From contig CAZKWX010000002.1 of the NCBI GenBank assembly GCA_964556685.1, positions 10,541 to 74,540 of the forward strand: a DNA stretch of 64,000 bases, written 5' to 3'. The notes under the pieces are model-generated. The model worked only from the letters and a program-made list of their open reading frames with translations, searched no databases and was not told the DNA's origin. Origin of the DNA: an uncultured Bdellovibrionales bacterium. Its GTDB lineage: Bacteria > Patescibacteriota > Minisyncoccia > Moranbacterales > DUUL01. Position numbers and translations under genes: made by a program. Below, piece by piece: positions 44,436 through 55,089 of the stretch. Each line of letters opens with the position of its first letter. The stretch's first letter is position 1.

Positions 44436-45425
44436 CTAACTGGTCCCCCAACGTTCTGGATATTTTTGGGTGTAAGGTTTATAATTTGGTTCTTCTGCGC
44501 TTACCACCCTCTTTTTCTTTTTTTGCCTCATTTTCTCTTTATTTATCCTCGCTTTCTCTCTATTCAGTATGTCGAGAAGGAACCAAAGATCATCTTTTAA
44601 GTGATCTTCTATTGCCATAGGTTCAGCCTCGACTCTTAGGTCAATAATTTCAAATCTATCCTTGAGTTTTAAAGCTTTTTCAAGCAAAGTGTTAATCGGA
44701 AAATTAATTTGAAGGTGATCATGGGTTGTTATTTTAATCAACAAAGGATCGAAAGGGAAGAAAAAATCATATACTCCGTTAGCTTTTTTGTCGAGAACGC
44801 TAATTGGAATCCAGACGTCACAGTCACTCCCTGATCCGAAAACAACAACGCCAGATATCGCTTTAAAACAACGCGTCATCATTTCCTGTCCTAAGGGGAT
44901 GTTGATAAAAGCTATTTTGACGGGGCCACTAGGTTCTTCTACGGCTGTTAAAGTATCCTCAGCGTCTTCCATTGGTGGCAATGCAGCAAAAACCTTCTCT
45001 GACCACTTATTTTCTTCAACTAAATTGGTATCAAGAAGTTTTTCAGCCACTTTATCGATCTTAGCGTGATCAAGGTGCTGAATTAGAGAATAGCGAGCAT
45101 CTTCGAGGTTTAGTAGGGTATGTGAACAATCAAACACTTTACGAATGAACTCCAAAAAAGAGGAAAATTCCTCGAGAACATACAGCTCATTGGGAACATA
45201 CACATCACACCCCCATGAAAAGCAGGCGATTATCACTTCACGTCTTTTCATGTGAAACTCAACCTTTGTCTTTGCATATTTCTCCCAATCCTTTTTACAC
45301 GTTAGCTTTTTATCAAGTCCTATATTCTTGTTTTCATCGAGAAACTTCTTTTCGAACCTCGCCAAAGCAAAAGTATAAACGAAGCCCACGATTACCAAGT
45401 TGAACTTTTCAAGGTGCTTTGCCAT
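44436..45425 (-). CDS. hypothetical protein (~329 aa)
   Basis: Open frame. The start at M17 (MAKHLEK...) is preferred over 45473. No confident family. Confidence 0.45.
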   Translation of the reverse strand: MAKHLEKFNLVIVGFVYTFALARFEKKFLDENKNIGLDKKLTCKKDWEKYAKTKVEFHMKRREVIIACFSWGCDVYVPNELYVLEEFSSFLEFIRKVFDCSHTLLNLEDARYSLIQHLDHAKIDKVAEKLLDTNLVEENKWSEKVFAALPPMEDAEDTLTAVEEPSGPVKIAFINIPLGQEMMTRCFKAISGVVVFGSGSDCDVWIPISVLDKKANGVYDFFFPFDPLLIKITTHDHLQINFPINTLLEKALKLKDRFEIIDLRVEAEPMAIEDHLKDDLWFLLDILNREKARINKEKMRQKKKKRVVSAEEPNYKPYTQKYPERWGTS

Positions 45426-45566
45426 CACAGGCCTCCTTTTTTGCGGATTTAAAATTATGTAATTATACATCAAACTATATTTTTGTCAATGGTGTAAATA
45501 ATCTTGCTTTAAACTACAATGAAATAAGTATCTTCTGACTATTTACTACGTTTGAAGAAACAATTT

Positions 45567-46790
45567 ATGAAAATTTTAACCATTGCTGCAACACCGTTTT
45601 TTTCAAGCCGAGGCAGTCACATTCGGATATATAACGAAGCGAAATATCTCCAAAAAATGGGAGCGGAGGTTTTGATTTGTGCCTATCACAATGGAGAAGA
45701 CGTTGAAAGCCTGAATATTTCAAGAATTTCTGATGTAAGTTGGTATAAAAAAACCTCGCCAGGATTTTCCTGGGGAAAGATTTGGTGCGATCTAAAGCTG
45801 ATAACGTTGGTCAGAAAGGAAATAAAAAAGTTTCAACCTGATGTGATCCATGCGCATTTATTTGAGAGTTTAGGGACAGGATGGGTGGCTGGACTGGCGA
45901 TCGGTTTCCGAAACCGGGTACTCGGTTTTGGAAACCAAAGGAAGATTCCAATTGTTTTGGACTTGCAAGGGGATTTGAAAAAAGAGTTTGAGAGTTACAA
46001 CAAGAAAAACAGCTTGGCTAAAATTTTTTTTGTGGCGATGTCGAAGTGGCTGATCAATAAAGCTGATGCCATGGTGGTCAGCAGCGAGAACGCACTAGAA
46101 TCGGCCAAAGAAAATTACAAAAATCCGGACGAAATAATGGTGATTAAAGATGGGATCGATTTGGAAATGTTTAGAGACACAAAAGAGACTGAAGAAAATT
46201 CAGAAGTTAATAAAATAAAAACTTGGCAGGGAAGTGATAAGTTATTGGTTTATACTGGAGGTTTGGAAAATAGCAAGGGTGTCGGTGAATTACTTAATAC
46301 TTTTAATACTGGGGATACAAACGGATGGAAGTTGTTGCTGTTTGGCCAAGGAGCGGATCGACGTAAGTACGTACGTATGTACGTACCTGGGAACGTACAT
46401 GATGTTAAAGAAAATTATCCATACAACAATGAAAGAATCTGGTTTAGTAGTGAAAGTGGATATTTTTCTTTACCAAATTATTTGCGATTGACTGATGCGG
46501 CTATCGATCCTAAAAGAGATTCAACAGAGAGCAGCGGAAAACTGGTTAACTACATGGCAGCGGGATTGCCAATAATTTGTTTTGATAATGATTTCAATCG
46601 AAGTGTGTTGAGGGACCAGGGAATTTATATAAACGAAATGGGTCAGCTGAGTGACGCTTTGAAAAAAGCCGAAGCTAGTGATAGAATAAATTATGATCTG
46701 GAAAAGAATAGCGAAGAGAAAGAAGCAGAAAAACTCTTTGAGATTATAGGAAGGATAACCAGCGCCAACAACCAACCCGTGGCCAATTAA
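45567..46790 (+). CDS. glycosyltransferase family 4
   Basis: GT-B fold, with GT4 C-terminal motifs (...KLVNYMAAGLPIICFDN...). Contains the in-frame gtacgtacgtatgtacgtac repeat at 46358-46392. Confidence 0.8.
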   Translation: MKILTIAATPFFSSRGSHIRIYNEAKYLQKMGAEVLICAYHNGEDVESLNISRISDVSWYKKTSPGFSWGKIWCDLKLITLVRKEIKKFQPDVIHAHLFESLGTGWVAGLAIGFRNRVLGFGNQRKIPIVLDLQGDLKKEFESYNKKNSLAKIFFVAMSKWLINKADAMVVSSENALESAKENYKNPDEIMVIKDGIDLEMFRDTKETEENSEVNKIKTWQGSDKLLVYTGGLENSKGVGELLNTFNTGDTNGWKLLLFGQGADRRKYVRMYVPGNVHDVKENYPYNNERIWFSSESGYFSLPNYLRLTDAAIDPKRDSTESSGKLVNYMAAGLPIICFDNDFNRSVLRDQGIYINEMGQLSDALKKAEASDRINYDLEKNSEEKEAEKLFEIIGRITSANNQPVAN

Positions 46791-46980
46791 TGAGTTAACG
46801 TTGTAAAGTATGAAACATCCTTTTTTCCTTAGTGTAAGATGGAGATTAAGAAAGATTAATTCAGAATAGTAGTAGAGACCGGCCAATCCATTTAACTCTC
46901 CGAGCAAAGCTCATTCGCTTTGTTCCACTCTTACCAAAAGAGGGGGAAGCGAATCTTCTAGACAATAAAAATAGCAAAAA

Positions 46981-48174
46981 ATGAAATTGATTCTAGCCAG
47001 AATTGGAAAATCATGGAATGCCATCAAAAGAGAGGGCATTTTTCGGGGCGGTAAGAGAATATCAGTCTCTTTTTTTAGGTTATTCAAAAGAGTTGGCTCA
47101 GGCGATATTCTTTTTATCACCGGAGGTGTGGGAGACAGTGCTCGCTATCGAACCCACAATGTGGCAGAGGAATTGAGCTTGAAAGGTTTTCAATGCTCAA
47201 CCACAGTTCAAGACAATCCATTCTTGATAAAGTATGTCGATAAATTTAAGATTTTTGTTTTTCATCGAACTATTTATACAGAAAGAATAGGAAAATTTAT
47301 TAAAGAATTAAAACATCTAGAAAGAGAAATAATTTTTGACACAGATGATCTGGTTTTTGATGCCAAGTATTTTAAACAGATGGACTATCAGGAAAATATT
47401 AATCAGTTAGAGAAGAAAGTGTATGAAGGCGGGGGGATTGGCAAAGAAATAATCGAAGATCCTTATGTGAAAGTTTGTACAACTACTACGGCATATCTGG
47501 CTGAGGAACTAAAAAAATACAACAAGCAAGTTTTTATTGTTCCTAATCGGTTAGATCAAAAAGAAGTCGAATGGGCTGACAAGATATTACAGAAAAAAGA
47601 AGAGAAGAAGGATGACAAAATTCGATTAGGTTATTTTTCGGGAACAATTAGCCATAACAAAGATTTTGCTACGATTACTAAAGCTTTGATGCAAGTGATG
47701 GAAAAACATGGGAATGTGGAACTGTTTTTGGTGGGTCCCTTGGATTTAGAAAATAAACTAATAGCCAAGTATCAAGATCGAATAGTCCAACTACCATTCG
47801 TGCCGAGAAAGGAACACTATGAAAATATTTCCAAAGTAGATATCAATTTATCTCCTTTAGAAAAAGATAATCCATTTTGTATCGCCAAGAGTGAATTAAA
47901 ATTCTTTGAAGCAGGCATTTTGAAAGTTCCGACTATGGCGGTGGACAATCAAACATTGCGGGGAGCGGTTGATGATGGAGTAGACGGATTTTTGGCAGCT
48001 AGCACGGAAGAGTGGGTGGAAAAACTAGAAAGGTTAATTAATGATGGGGAGTTGCGAAAAAGCATGGGAGAAAAAGCTCGAGAAAAAACACTGCAGAAAT
48101 ACGCCACTCAAAATGCCAACAATGAAGAATATTACAATTATTTACGTGATCGGATAAAACAAATTAGTGATTGA
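46981..48174 (+). CDS. glycosyltransferase (GT-B, group 1-like C-terminal domain)
   Basis: ...FFEAGILKVPTMAVDNQTLRGAVDDGVDGFLAASTEEWVEKLERLINDGELRKSMGEKAREK... is a typical GT1/GT4 C-terminal region. Confidence 0.7.
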   Translation: MKLILARIGKSWNAIKREGIFRGGKRISVSFFRLFKRVGSGDILFITGGVGDSARYRTHNVAEELSLKGFQCSTTVQDNPFLIKYVDKFKIFVFHRTIYTERIGKFIKELKHLEREIIFDTDDLVFDAKYFKQMDYQENINQLEKKVYEGGGIGKEIIEDPYVKVCTTTTAYLAEELKKYNKQVFIVPNRLDQKEVEWADKILQKKEEKKDDKIRLGYFSGTISHNKDFATITKALMQVMEKHGNVELFLVGPLDLENKLIAKYQDRIVQLPFVPRKEHYENISKVDINLSPLEKDNPFCIAKSELKFFEAGILKVPTMAVDNQTLRGAVDDGVDGFLAASTEEWVEKLERLINDGELRKSMGEKAREKTLQKYATQNANNEEYYNYLRDRIKQISD

Positions 48175-49438
48175 AATCATCAAGAAAAATGCTTTTGCAA
48201 GAAATAGCTTGATTTTATTCATTGGCACCATGATTGCCAATGTTTTGAATTATATTTTCCACTTGGTGGTAGGGCGAATGGTGAGTGTACCAATGTATGG
48301 AGAAATTGAATCGTTGCTTTCTTTGGTGCACATTGTTTCAGTTCCTGGACTAACCTTGACCTTAGTAGCAACAAAATATGCCGCTGGAACAAAAGCAGAC
48401 GATGATCCAGCTGGAAGTCGAGCGATTCTAAAATATATGAGCAAAAAACTGCTGCTCTACGGAACGCCTATTTTTGTCTTAGCCCTGTTTCTCGTTCCTT
48501 TTGTGGGAGATTTTCTTAAAATTGAAAGCAGCTTACCGTTGTTGCTCATTTGGGTATCCATGTTCATTTTGTTTTTCTCTTCAATTAATGTTGGAATCAT
48601 CAATGGTTGGCAAAAGTTTTTTGGTGGTAGTGCGGTTAATATAGCGGGTACATTAGTGAAGCTTGTTGCGGCGGTGGTCTTGATTAAAATTGGTTTCGGA
48701 GTAAATGGTGCAATCGGAGGATACACTCTGAGTGCATTGGCAGTCTATATTGGAACTCTCTTTGTGCTAAAGTTTATTTTCGTTGGAGATAGCAGTAAAA
48801 AGAATGAAAAAAACTTTGTCGATTTTGGATCATTGAAAAAATATATCTTGCCGGCCTTTATTGCTACCTTAGCTGTTGCCATGTTAGGAAACGTAGACAT
48901 GGTGATGGCCAAGCATCAACTTGACCTCCAACAAGCCGGGTATTATGGAGCGCTAACGATTATGTCAAAAGCTATTTTCTTTGCCACCGGTGCGATAGCC
49001 ACGGTATTATTTGCGATGTCCTCAGAAGAAAGCTATAAGAAAGCTGATACGCTGAAAATTTTTCGGTATTCCATTATTCTAACCTTTTTAGTAACTTTCT
49101 TTTCAGCTATTTTTTATGGTCTTTTCCCAGAGTTTGTGATTAATATTTTTTTTGGAGAAAAATATCTTTTGACGGCAGATCTATTAATCTGGTTTGCTAT
49201 CATGGCATCACTCTATGCTTTCGCTAATCTTTTCATTCAATATCTGCTGTCAATTCACAAAACCGAAACGGTTTGGACCTTTTTAATTTTGTCAATTCTT
49301 GGGGCAACAGCACTCTTCTTTTGGGGAAAAAGCATTCGTGATATAATTCTGATAGTTTCGATTACTCAAATCGTGGTAATATTAGTTGGGTTGATGTATA
49401 TTTTTGGTAAGAAAAACACGAGAACTACTTTTAATTGA
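48167..49438 (+). CDS. Wzx-like oligosaccharide flippase (MOP superfamily); GTG start overlapping the upstream stop
   Basis: About 12 TM helices. The N-terminal ...NSLILFIGTMIANVLNYIFHLVVGRM... fits the polysaccharide biosynthesis protein family. Confidence 0.75.
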   Translation: MIEIIKKNAFARNSLILFIGTMIANVLNYIFHLVVGRMVSVPMYGEIESLLSLVHIVSVPGLTLTLVATKYAAGTKADDDPAGSRAILKYMSKKLLLYGTPIFVLALFLVPFVGDFLKIESSLPLLLIWVSMFILFFSSINVGIINGWQKFFGGSAVNIAGTLVKLVAAVVLIKIGFGVNGAIGGYTLSALAVYIGTLFVLKFIFVGDSSKKNEKNFVDFGSLKKYILPAFIATLAVAMLGNVDMVMAKHQLDLQQAGYYGALTIMSKAIFFATGAIATVLFAMSSEESYKKADTLKIFRYSIILTFLVTFFSAIFYGLFPEFVINIFFGEKYLLTADLLIWFAIMASLYAFANLFIQYLLSIHKTETVWTFLILSILGATALFFWGKSIRDIILIVSITQIVVILVGLMYIFGKKNTRTTFN

Positions 49439-49557
49439 TGTACTGCAGATTATTCAGCAAAAGTAGTATCATTTTTATGCATATGTTGCTCAAGATCGTA
49501 TTTAAAAGGTGCAACATGCGCAAAAAATAATACTACTTTCGCTTCATTATTTATCCT

Positions 49558-50508
49558 ATGAAGAAAATATCCATTATTATCCCGGTCTATAACGAGGAAA
49601 AAAATATTCCCTTGATTATTCAAGAAATCAGGAAGGTTTTTGACGGATTGAGTTATAACTTCGAAATTATTTTTATCAACGATGGTTCCCGAGATGGAAG
49701 TATTTTGGAAATTAAAAAGGCAGCCGAAAAAGACAGGAGAATAAGGGGACTTGATTTTTCTAAAAATTTTGGCAAAGAAGTAGCTACTTCTGCTGGCTGT
49801 CATTATGCCAGAGGTGATGCAGCGATCATCATGGATGGCGATCTTCAGCATCCTCCAGAATTAATTCCAGAATTGCTCACCAAGTGGGAAGAAGGATACG
49901 AAGTGATCTATACCGTTAGAAAGGAAAATCGGGGAGCTGGCTTTTTTAAAAAGTTTACCTCGACGTGCTATTGGTGGCTGTTGGGTAAAATTTCATCGGT
50001 TAAAACCGAACCGCACTCAACTGACTACCGCTTGCTGGATAGAAAAGTTCTAAAGGAATTCAAACAATTTTCTGAGCGAGGAAGAATCTTTCGGGGGATT
50101 GTTGATTGGATGGGCTTCAAGCGAATAAAGGTGGAATTTGTGGCACTCGAACGTCAGAGCGGACAGGCTGGCTATGATTATAGAAAGTTATTTAATTTGG
50201 CAATTAACAGCTTGACTGCTTTCTCTCTTTTGCCTCTTAAAGTTATGGGTTTCACTGGTGTCATCATTTCATTTTTTAGTGGAATAATGTTAATTATTAT
50301 GTTTATCACTCGCTGGTTTATTGATGAGACTATCTTTTCTTCACAAGCTTTTATTGTAGTGATCAACACAGCGTTAATTGGTCTAGTAATGGTTGGTCAA
50401 GGCTTCATTGCTCTCTACATTGCGCGTATTCATAATGAAGTGGTCAATCGTCCGCTCTACATAATTAGAAATAAAATTAATATTTCAGAGGAAGAACAAA
50501 ATGTCTAG
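49558..50508 (+). CDS. GT2 polyprenyl-phosphate glycosyltransferase (GtrB/DPM1-like) with C-terminal TM helices
   Basis: ISIIIPVYNEEKNI...FINDGSRDGS...IMDGDLQHPPE motifs. Confidence 0.88.
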   Translation: MKKISIIIPVYNEEKNIPLIIQEIRKVFDGLSYNFEIIFINDGSRDGSILEIKKAAEKDRRIRGLDFSKNFGKEVATSAGCHYARGDAAIIMDGDLQHPPELIPELLTKWEEGYEVIYTVRKENRGAGFFKKFTSTCYWWLLGKISSVKTEPHSTDYRLLDRKVLKEFKQFSERGRIFRGIVDWMGFKRIKVEFVALERQSGQAGYDYRKLFNLAINSLTAFSLLPLKVMGFTGVIISFFSGIMLIIMFITRWFIDETIFSSQAFIVVINTALIGLVMVGQGFIALYIARIHNEVVNRPLYIIRNKINISEEEQNV

Positions 50509-51517
50509 TTCGGGAAACAAGATTATGTTTTCAATCGTTATCCCCATCATGGAAGTTAACGATTATTTGATTGAGACATGCAAAAAATTTCGTGGGCTCC
50601 ACAATCAAAACTTTGAAGTGATTGTGGTGGCGAATAAAATTAATGAGGTTGAAAAATGGGAGAGAGAACTACAGGTTAGAATTATTCCTCTCGGTGATGT
50701 CAGCCCGGCAATTAAGCGAGACAAGGGTGTCGAAGAAGCTCGAGGCGGTTATATTGCTTTTGTTGATGACGATGCCTATCCTGATTCAGATTGGCTAGAT
50801 GTGGCTGAAAAATATCTTGAACAAGAAAATATATCAATTATCGGTGGACCGCAATTAACTCCCTCAAGCGATGGGTTTTGGCAAAAAGCATCAGGAGCAA
50901 TGTTTCTTTCGCCGCTTTCTGGGGCAGCAGTTATTCGTTTTTGGCCAGGGAAAAAAGTCAAAAAAATCTGTGATTGGCCGACAGTTAATTTTTTTATTAA
51001 AAGAGAAGATTTTCAGGCAGTAGGAGGATTCGATAATGAGTATTGGCCAGGAGAAGATACTAAGCTCTGTTTGGACGTGATTAAAAAATTGAAAAAGAAA
51101 CTACTCTATATTCCTGAATTAGTTGTCTATCATCATCGGCGAGCAAGCCTGAAAAAACACTTGAAGCAAACCGGCAACTATGGTTTGCACCGTGGTTATT
51201 TTGCCAAAAGATTTCCTGAGACTTCTGCTCGATTAGTTGATTTATATTTTGTACCCTCGCTTTTCATTTTATTTTTAGTTCTTGGTTTCTTTGGATCATT
51301 CTTTTCGGAAGTTATTAAAAGTCTTTATATTTTTGGGCTGATAGTTTATGCCATAGTCGTGCTGTTATCAACTTTAGTTGTTTGGCAAAGAACAAAAAAT
51401 TTTTTGATCAGCTTGGCATCTGTTCCATATCTAGTACTTTTTCACATTTGGTATGGGATCAGGTTTATTCAGGGCTATGTTTTTACGAGGGATTTAAAGA
51501 GTCGACTCGGACGATAA
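50501..51517 (+). CDS. glycosyltransferase family 2 with C-terminal membrane segments
   Basis: FSIVIPIME... and FVDDDAYP (DxD) motifs. Confidence 0.8.
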   Translation: MSSSGNKIMFSIVIPIMEVNDYLIETCKKFRGLHNQNFEVIVVANKINEVEKWERELQVRIIPLGDVSPAIKRDKGVEEARGGYIAFVDDDAYPDSDWLDVAEKYLEQENISIIGGPQLTPSSDGFWQKASGAMFLSPLSGAAVIRFWPGKKVKKICDWPTVNFFIKREDFQAVGGFDNEYWPGEDTKLCLDVIKKLKKKLLYIPELVVYHHRRASLKKHLKQTGNYGLHRGYFAKRFPETSARLVDLYFVPSLFILFLVLGFFGSFFSEVIKSLYIFGLIVYAIVVLLSTLVVWQRTKNFLISLASVPYLVLFHIWYGIRFIQGYVFTRDLKSRLGR

Positions 51518-51690
51518 AAAGGTATTAAAACAAAAATTTGAAATGAAAATTAACTCGGATGTATTTTTTCATAAAAAAATATTTTTAAAGTCATAAAGGA
51601 TAAAATATTTTTTGAAAAAATTACATCCTCAAACAGTAATTTTCATTTAAATTCTTGTTTTATAACGCCATCTAAATCTAAGAAAAAGAA

Positions 51691-53190
51691 TTGAAAATCG
51701 CCATATCATATCCACCATTGAAATCTGAAAAAGGAACAGCCTGCTTGAGTCAGAATCGACAGTTTCAATGGTTTAACACACCCACTTACATCTATCCGGT
51801 TATTCCGGCTTATGCTGCGTCGCTTTTGAGGGATAAAGGTCATGAGGTGTTGTGGGACGATGCAATCACTCAGAAACTTTCATATGAGCAGTGGCTAGAG
51901 CGGATAAAAAAAGAACAACCAGACATCATTGCTATTGAAACAAAAACTCCAGTTGTCGAAGAGCACTGGAAAATTATAGACGATTTAAAAAATTCGAAAT
52001 TCGAAATTCGAAATTCGAAATTCATCTTAATGGGCGATCATGTGACGGCTCTCTCAAAAGAATCTATGGAGAAATCGAAAGTAGATTTTGTGTTAGCGAG
52101 TGGAGATTATGATTTTATGCTGCTAAATCTGGTTAATTATTTAGAAGGTAGGGCTGAGTTGGAAGGTGGTTGGTGGCTGAAAGATAAAGCGGGGAATATT
52201 ATCAACTCAGGACTATCTGATTTATCTCGACACAACCTCGATGCTCTTCCTTTGATTGACCGGGAATTAACTCGGTGGAAAGATTATGCTTTTGACAATG
52301 GCAATTTCAAATATACACCCGGAGCCTATTTGATGAGCGGACGGGATTGTTGGTGGGGAAGATGCACCTTTTGTTCTTGGACAACTTTCTTCCCGGGCAA
52401 TCAATTTCGCACCATGAGTGCCAGCAAAGCGCTCGAGGAAGTGGATAATCTCATTCGACTGGGTGTCAAGGAAATCATGGAAGACTCAGGGAGTTTGCCG
52501 ATTGGAAAGTGGCTAGATGAATTTTGCAGAGGAATGATTGATCGAGGTTATAATAAAAAGGTGACTATCAGCTGTAACATGAGAATCAATGGCATCAGGA
52601 AGAAAGAAACCTGGGAGCTAATGAAGGAAGCCGGTTTTCGGTTTATTCTTTTTGGTCTGGAGTCGGCTAACCAAAAAACTTTAGACAAAATAGACAAAAA
52701 TCTTAAAGTCGAAGAAATTAAACCAAACTTGAGAATCTGCAAGGAGGCAGGACTGGAACCTCACATCACAGCCATGGTGGGTTATCCATGGGAAACTAAA
52801 GAAGATGCCCAAAGAACAATTGATTTGGCTAAAGGTTTATTCAAGAAGGGATACGTTGACACTTTGCAGGCGACGATCCTTATCCCCTATCCCGGAACAC
52901 CGCTTCATGCTTATTGTAAAGATAATAATTTGCTACGTTTCAATGACTATGCTCGTTTTGATCAAAGGGAACAGGTGATGAAATCTCCCTTGACCACCAC
53001 TGATGTTCAAAAAATGGCTCAAGGTTTATACGCATCGTTTGCCAGCCCTCAGTTTATTTGGCGAAAAATTTCTTCCATTCGGAATTTCGATGATGTAAAA
53101 TTTATTTGGATGGCTGGGTGGAAATGGCTGGGGAAGATGATAGATTTTTCGAGTAAAAAAAAGGTACCTTCCCCGCCAAAGGCGGACTAA
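51691..53190 (+). CDS. B12-binding domain / radical SAM protein (class B-like); TTG start
   Basis: N-terminal B12-binding-like domain (...PDIIAIETKT...ILMGDHVTA...). The Cys cluster is CWWGRCTFC. A simple-repeat insertion lies at 51988-52027. Confidence 0.7.
   Translation: MKIAISYPPLKSEKGTACLSQNRQFQWFNTPTYIYPVIPAYAASLLRDKGHEVLWDDAITQKLSYEQWLERIKKEQPDIIAIETKTPVVEEHWKIIDDLKNSKFEIRNSKFILMGDHVTALSKESMEKSKVDFVLASGDYDFMLLNLVNYLEGRAELEGGWWLKDKAGNIINSGLSDLSRHNLDALPLIDRELTRWKDYAFDNGNFKYTPGAYLMSGRDCWWGRCTFCSWTTFFPGNQFRTMSASKALEEVDNLIRLGVKEIMEDSGSLPIGKWLDEFCRGMIDRGYNKKVTISCNMRINGIRKKETWELMKEAGFRFILFGLESANQKTLDKIDKNLKVEEIKPNLRICKEAGLEPHITAMVGYPWETKEDAQRTIDLAKGLFKKGYVDTLQATILIPYPGTPLHAYCKDNNLLRFNDYARFDQREQVMKSPLTTTDVQKMAQGLYASFASPQFIWRKISSIRNFDDVKFIWMAGWKWLGKMIDFSSKKKVPSPPKAD
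51988..52027. repeat. in-frame tandem heptamer (gaaattc x4.5) in the rSAM CDS
   Basis: aaaaattcgaaattcgaaattcgaaattcgaaattcatc encodes KNSKFEIRNSKFI. Confidence 0.85.
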
Positions 53191-53269
53191 AGTAAGATAC
53201 TCATCAGAATAGTTATCTGATAAACAAAAAAGCGCTTGCAAGCGCTTTTTAAGTTGCTTGATATAAATT

Positions 53270-55006
53270 TTATTTGTTGGTCTCAGACATTATTAATTGT
53301 TCAATTTCACGAAGCCTCTGATCCGCTGGGTTTATCTTGATTGCTTCTCTGATCGATTCCAAGGCCTTTTCTACATTACCAGTTTCGAGGTATATGGCAG
53401 TTAAATTTTGATATGTTTGCCAAAGACTTGGATCAATCTCGACAGCTTTTTCATAGCTTTTAACGGCTTCTTCGTACTGCTTATTTTTTTGATAGGTATT
53501 CCCGATGTTATGGTAGGCAGCAGCGTAACCGGGATTTATTTCAATAGCTTTTTGAAACTCCTCGATTCCTTTTTCTAAATTACCCTGTCGAACATGCATG
53601 TCACCCAAATTATTATGAATAACAAAGCCGGAAGGGGATGTCTCAGCAGTAGCGATCCAAAGAGTATCTTGATTTTGCCAGTTCTGATTACGTATAATGG
53701 TGCGAACCGAAAGAGCAACAATGGCAATTGCTAGAATAATATATAAACCTTGCATGTAAGCCTTGTTAGTTCGCTCGCTTTTTTCAAGAAGCCAGTTGAA
53801 ACCTATCGCGACTACAGCGAAAATTCCAATTGATCCTAAGTAGACATAACGTTCGGCAATAATCCAAGACACCCCAAAGGGCATAAGGGTGGGAAGCAGG
53901 GTAACAAGGAAAAACAATAGCCAAAAAAAGATCCACTTGCTCTTTTTCCAAGCATAGACAATTCCGGCAACAAAAATCAGGAAAGCAAACAATATGATCG
54001 CGAACTGACCTTTTGAAAATACCAGCTCGGTGTGATAGAAAGAAAGATTTTGCGGCCAGACCATCAGTTTCAGATAGTTTGTGATTGCAATGGGGACTTG
54101 AATGAAAGGATTCACCGGATCGATCTTTTCATAATTAGTTGTCTCCAGGCCACTTGATCTTTGTCCGATTTTGCTCAGGAAAAAAATAACAGAAAGGACT
54201 CCGATAATGGCATAGGGTGACCATTTTTTCCAAGTTTGCTTGAGAGTGCCCTGAGAGAATTCATAAAGAGGAAAGATCAGGAAAACTACCGCTGCGTTAG
54301 TTGAAGATAGTAAGGCTAGTCCGAAGAAAATAAGCGACCAGCTATAATACTTTCTGTTGTCCTTAGCCAAAAGGTAGGTGAGAAAAGAAAGCAGAAAGAA
54401 GAAACTGTAATGACTATAGGGACCACCCGAGATCCAGGTAACCGCTTCAGTCAAAATAGGATGAACGGCAAAGATCGCAGCTGCGAAGATTGCAATTCTT
54501 TTGTTGAAAAGATAGCCAAGAAGAGTGAAGAGAGCCAAGGTGCTTCCCAAGTGGAAAAGAACATTTGGTAGTCTGAAAAATGCGGGATTTAGACCTCCTA
54601 TTTTAAAGGCCGAATATCTCAAAAAGGATCCAAAATAGCCGCTGAAAGATCCTTCAAAAATAGCGCTGAAACTGCCAATCCTTTCGTTTTGGCTGATGCC
54701 AAAAATATCATCGGAAACAAATTCATTGTTCAATGAATTAAAATAACAAAAAACAACTAGACCAAAAAGTAAAAGAAAATAGTATTTGTTTTGTACAATA
54801 AATTTTTTTAAAAGAAAAGGCTTTTTTCTAGATGTGTTGAGATTACGCTTGACGTATCTTTCATATTTTTCTTTTCGCCAACGCTTTTTCAAATATTTAA
54901 GAACATCATCCTCGGAGACATTCAGGTGACGAGCAATTTCTTCCAATGGTTGCTGTCTTATTTTTTTTCTAATATAATTTTTATCCGAAGTAGAGAAAGT
55001 GTTCAT
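53270..55006 (-). CDS. polytopic membrane protein (GT-C / PMT-ArnT-like) with C-terminal TPR repeats
   Basis: About 11 TM helices after a basic N-terminal segment. A first-loop acidic motif is NEFVSDD. The C-terminal ~180 aa contain TPR repeats (...GNLEKGIEEFQKAIEINPGYAAAYHNIGNTYQ...). Confidence 0.65.
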   Translation of the reverse strand: MNTFSTSDKNYIRKKIRQQPLEEIARHLNVSEDDVLKYLKKRWRKEKYERYVKRNLNTSRKKPFLLKKFIVQNKYYFLLLFGLVVFCYFNSLNNEFVSDDIFGISQNERIGSFSAIFEGSFSGYFGSFLRYSAFKIGGLNPAFFRLPNVLFHLGSTLALFTLLGYLFNKRIAIFAAAIFAVHPILTEAVTWISGGPYSHYSFFFLLSFLTYLLAKDNRKYYSWSLIFFGLALLSSTNAAVVFLIFPLYEFSQGTLKQTWKKWSPYAIIGVLSVIFFLSKIGQRSSGLETTNYEKIDPVNPFIQVPIAITNYLKLMVWPQNLSFYHTELVFSKGQFAIILFAFLIFVAGIVYAWKKSKWIFFWLLFFLVTLLPTLMPFGVSWIIAERYVYLGSIGIFAVVAIGFNWLLEKSERTNKAYMQGLYIILAIAIVALSVRTIIRNQNWQNQDTLWIATAETSPSGFVIHNNLGDMHVRQGNLEKGIEEFQKAIEINPGYAAAYHNIGNTYQKNKQYEEAVKSYEKAVEIDPSLWQTYQNLTAIYLETGNVEKALESIREAIKINPADQRLREIEQLIMSETNK

Positions 55007-55089
55007 TTGATTTTTCTTATGCCAGTTTTGATTTTTTCATTTTTAGTTCTATAATTAAATAATACTATTTCATTATTAATCTAGCAAAT

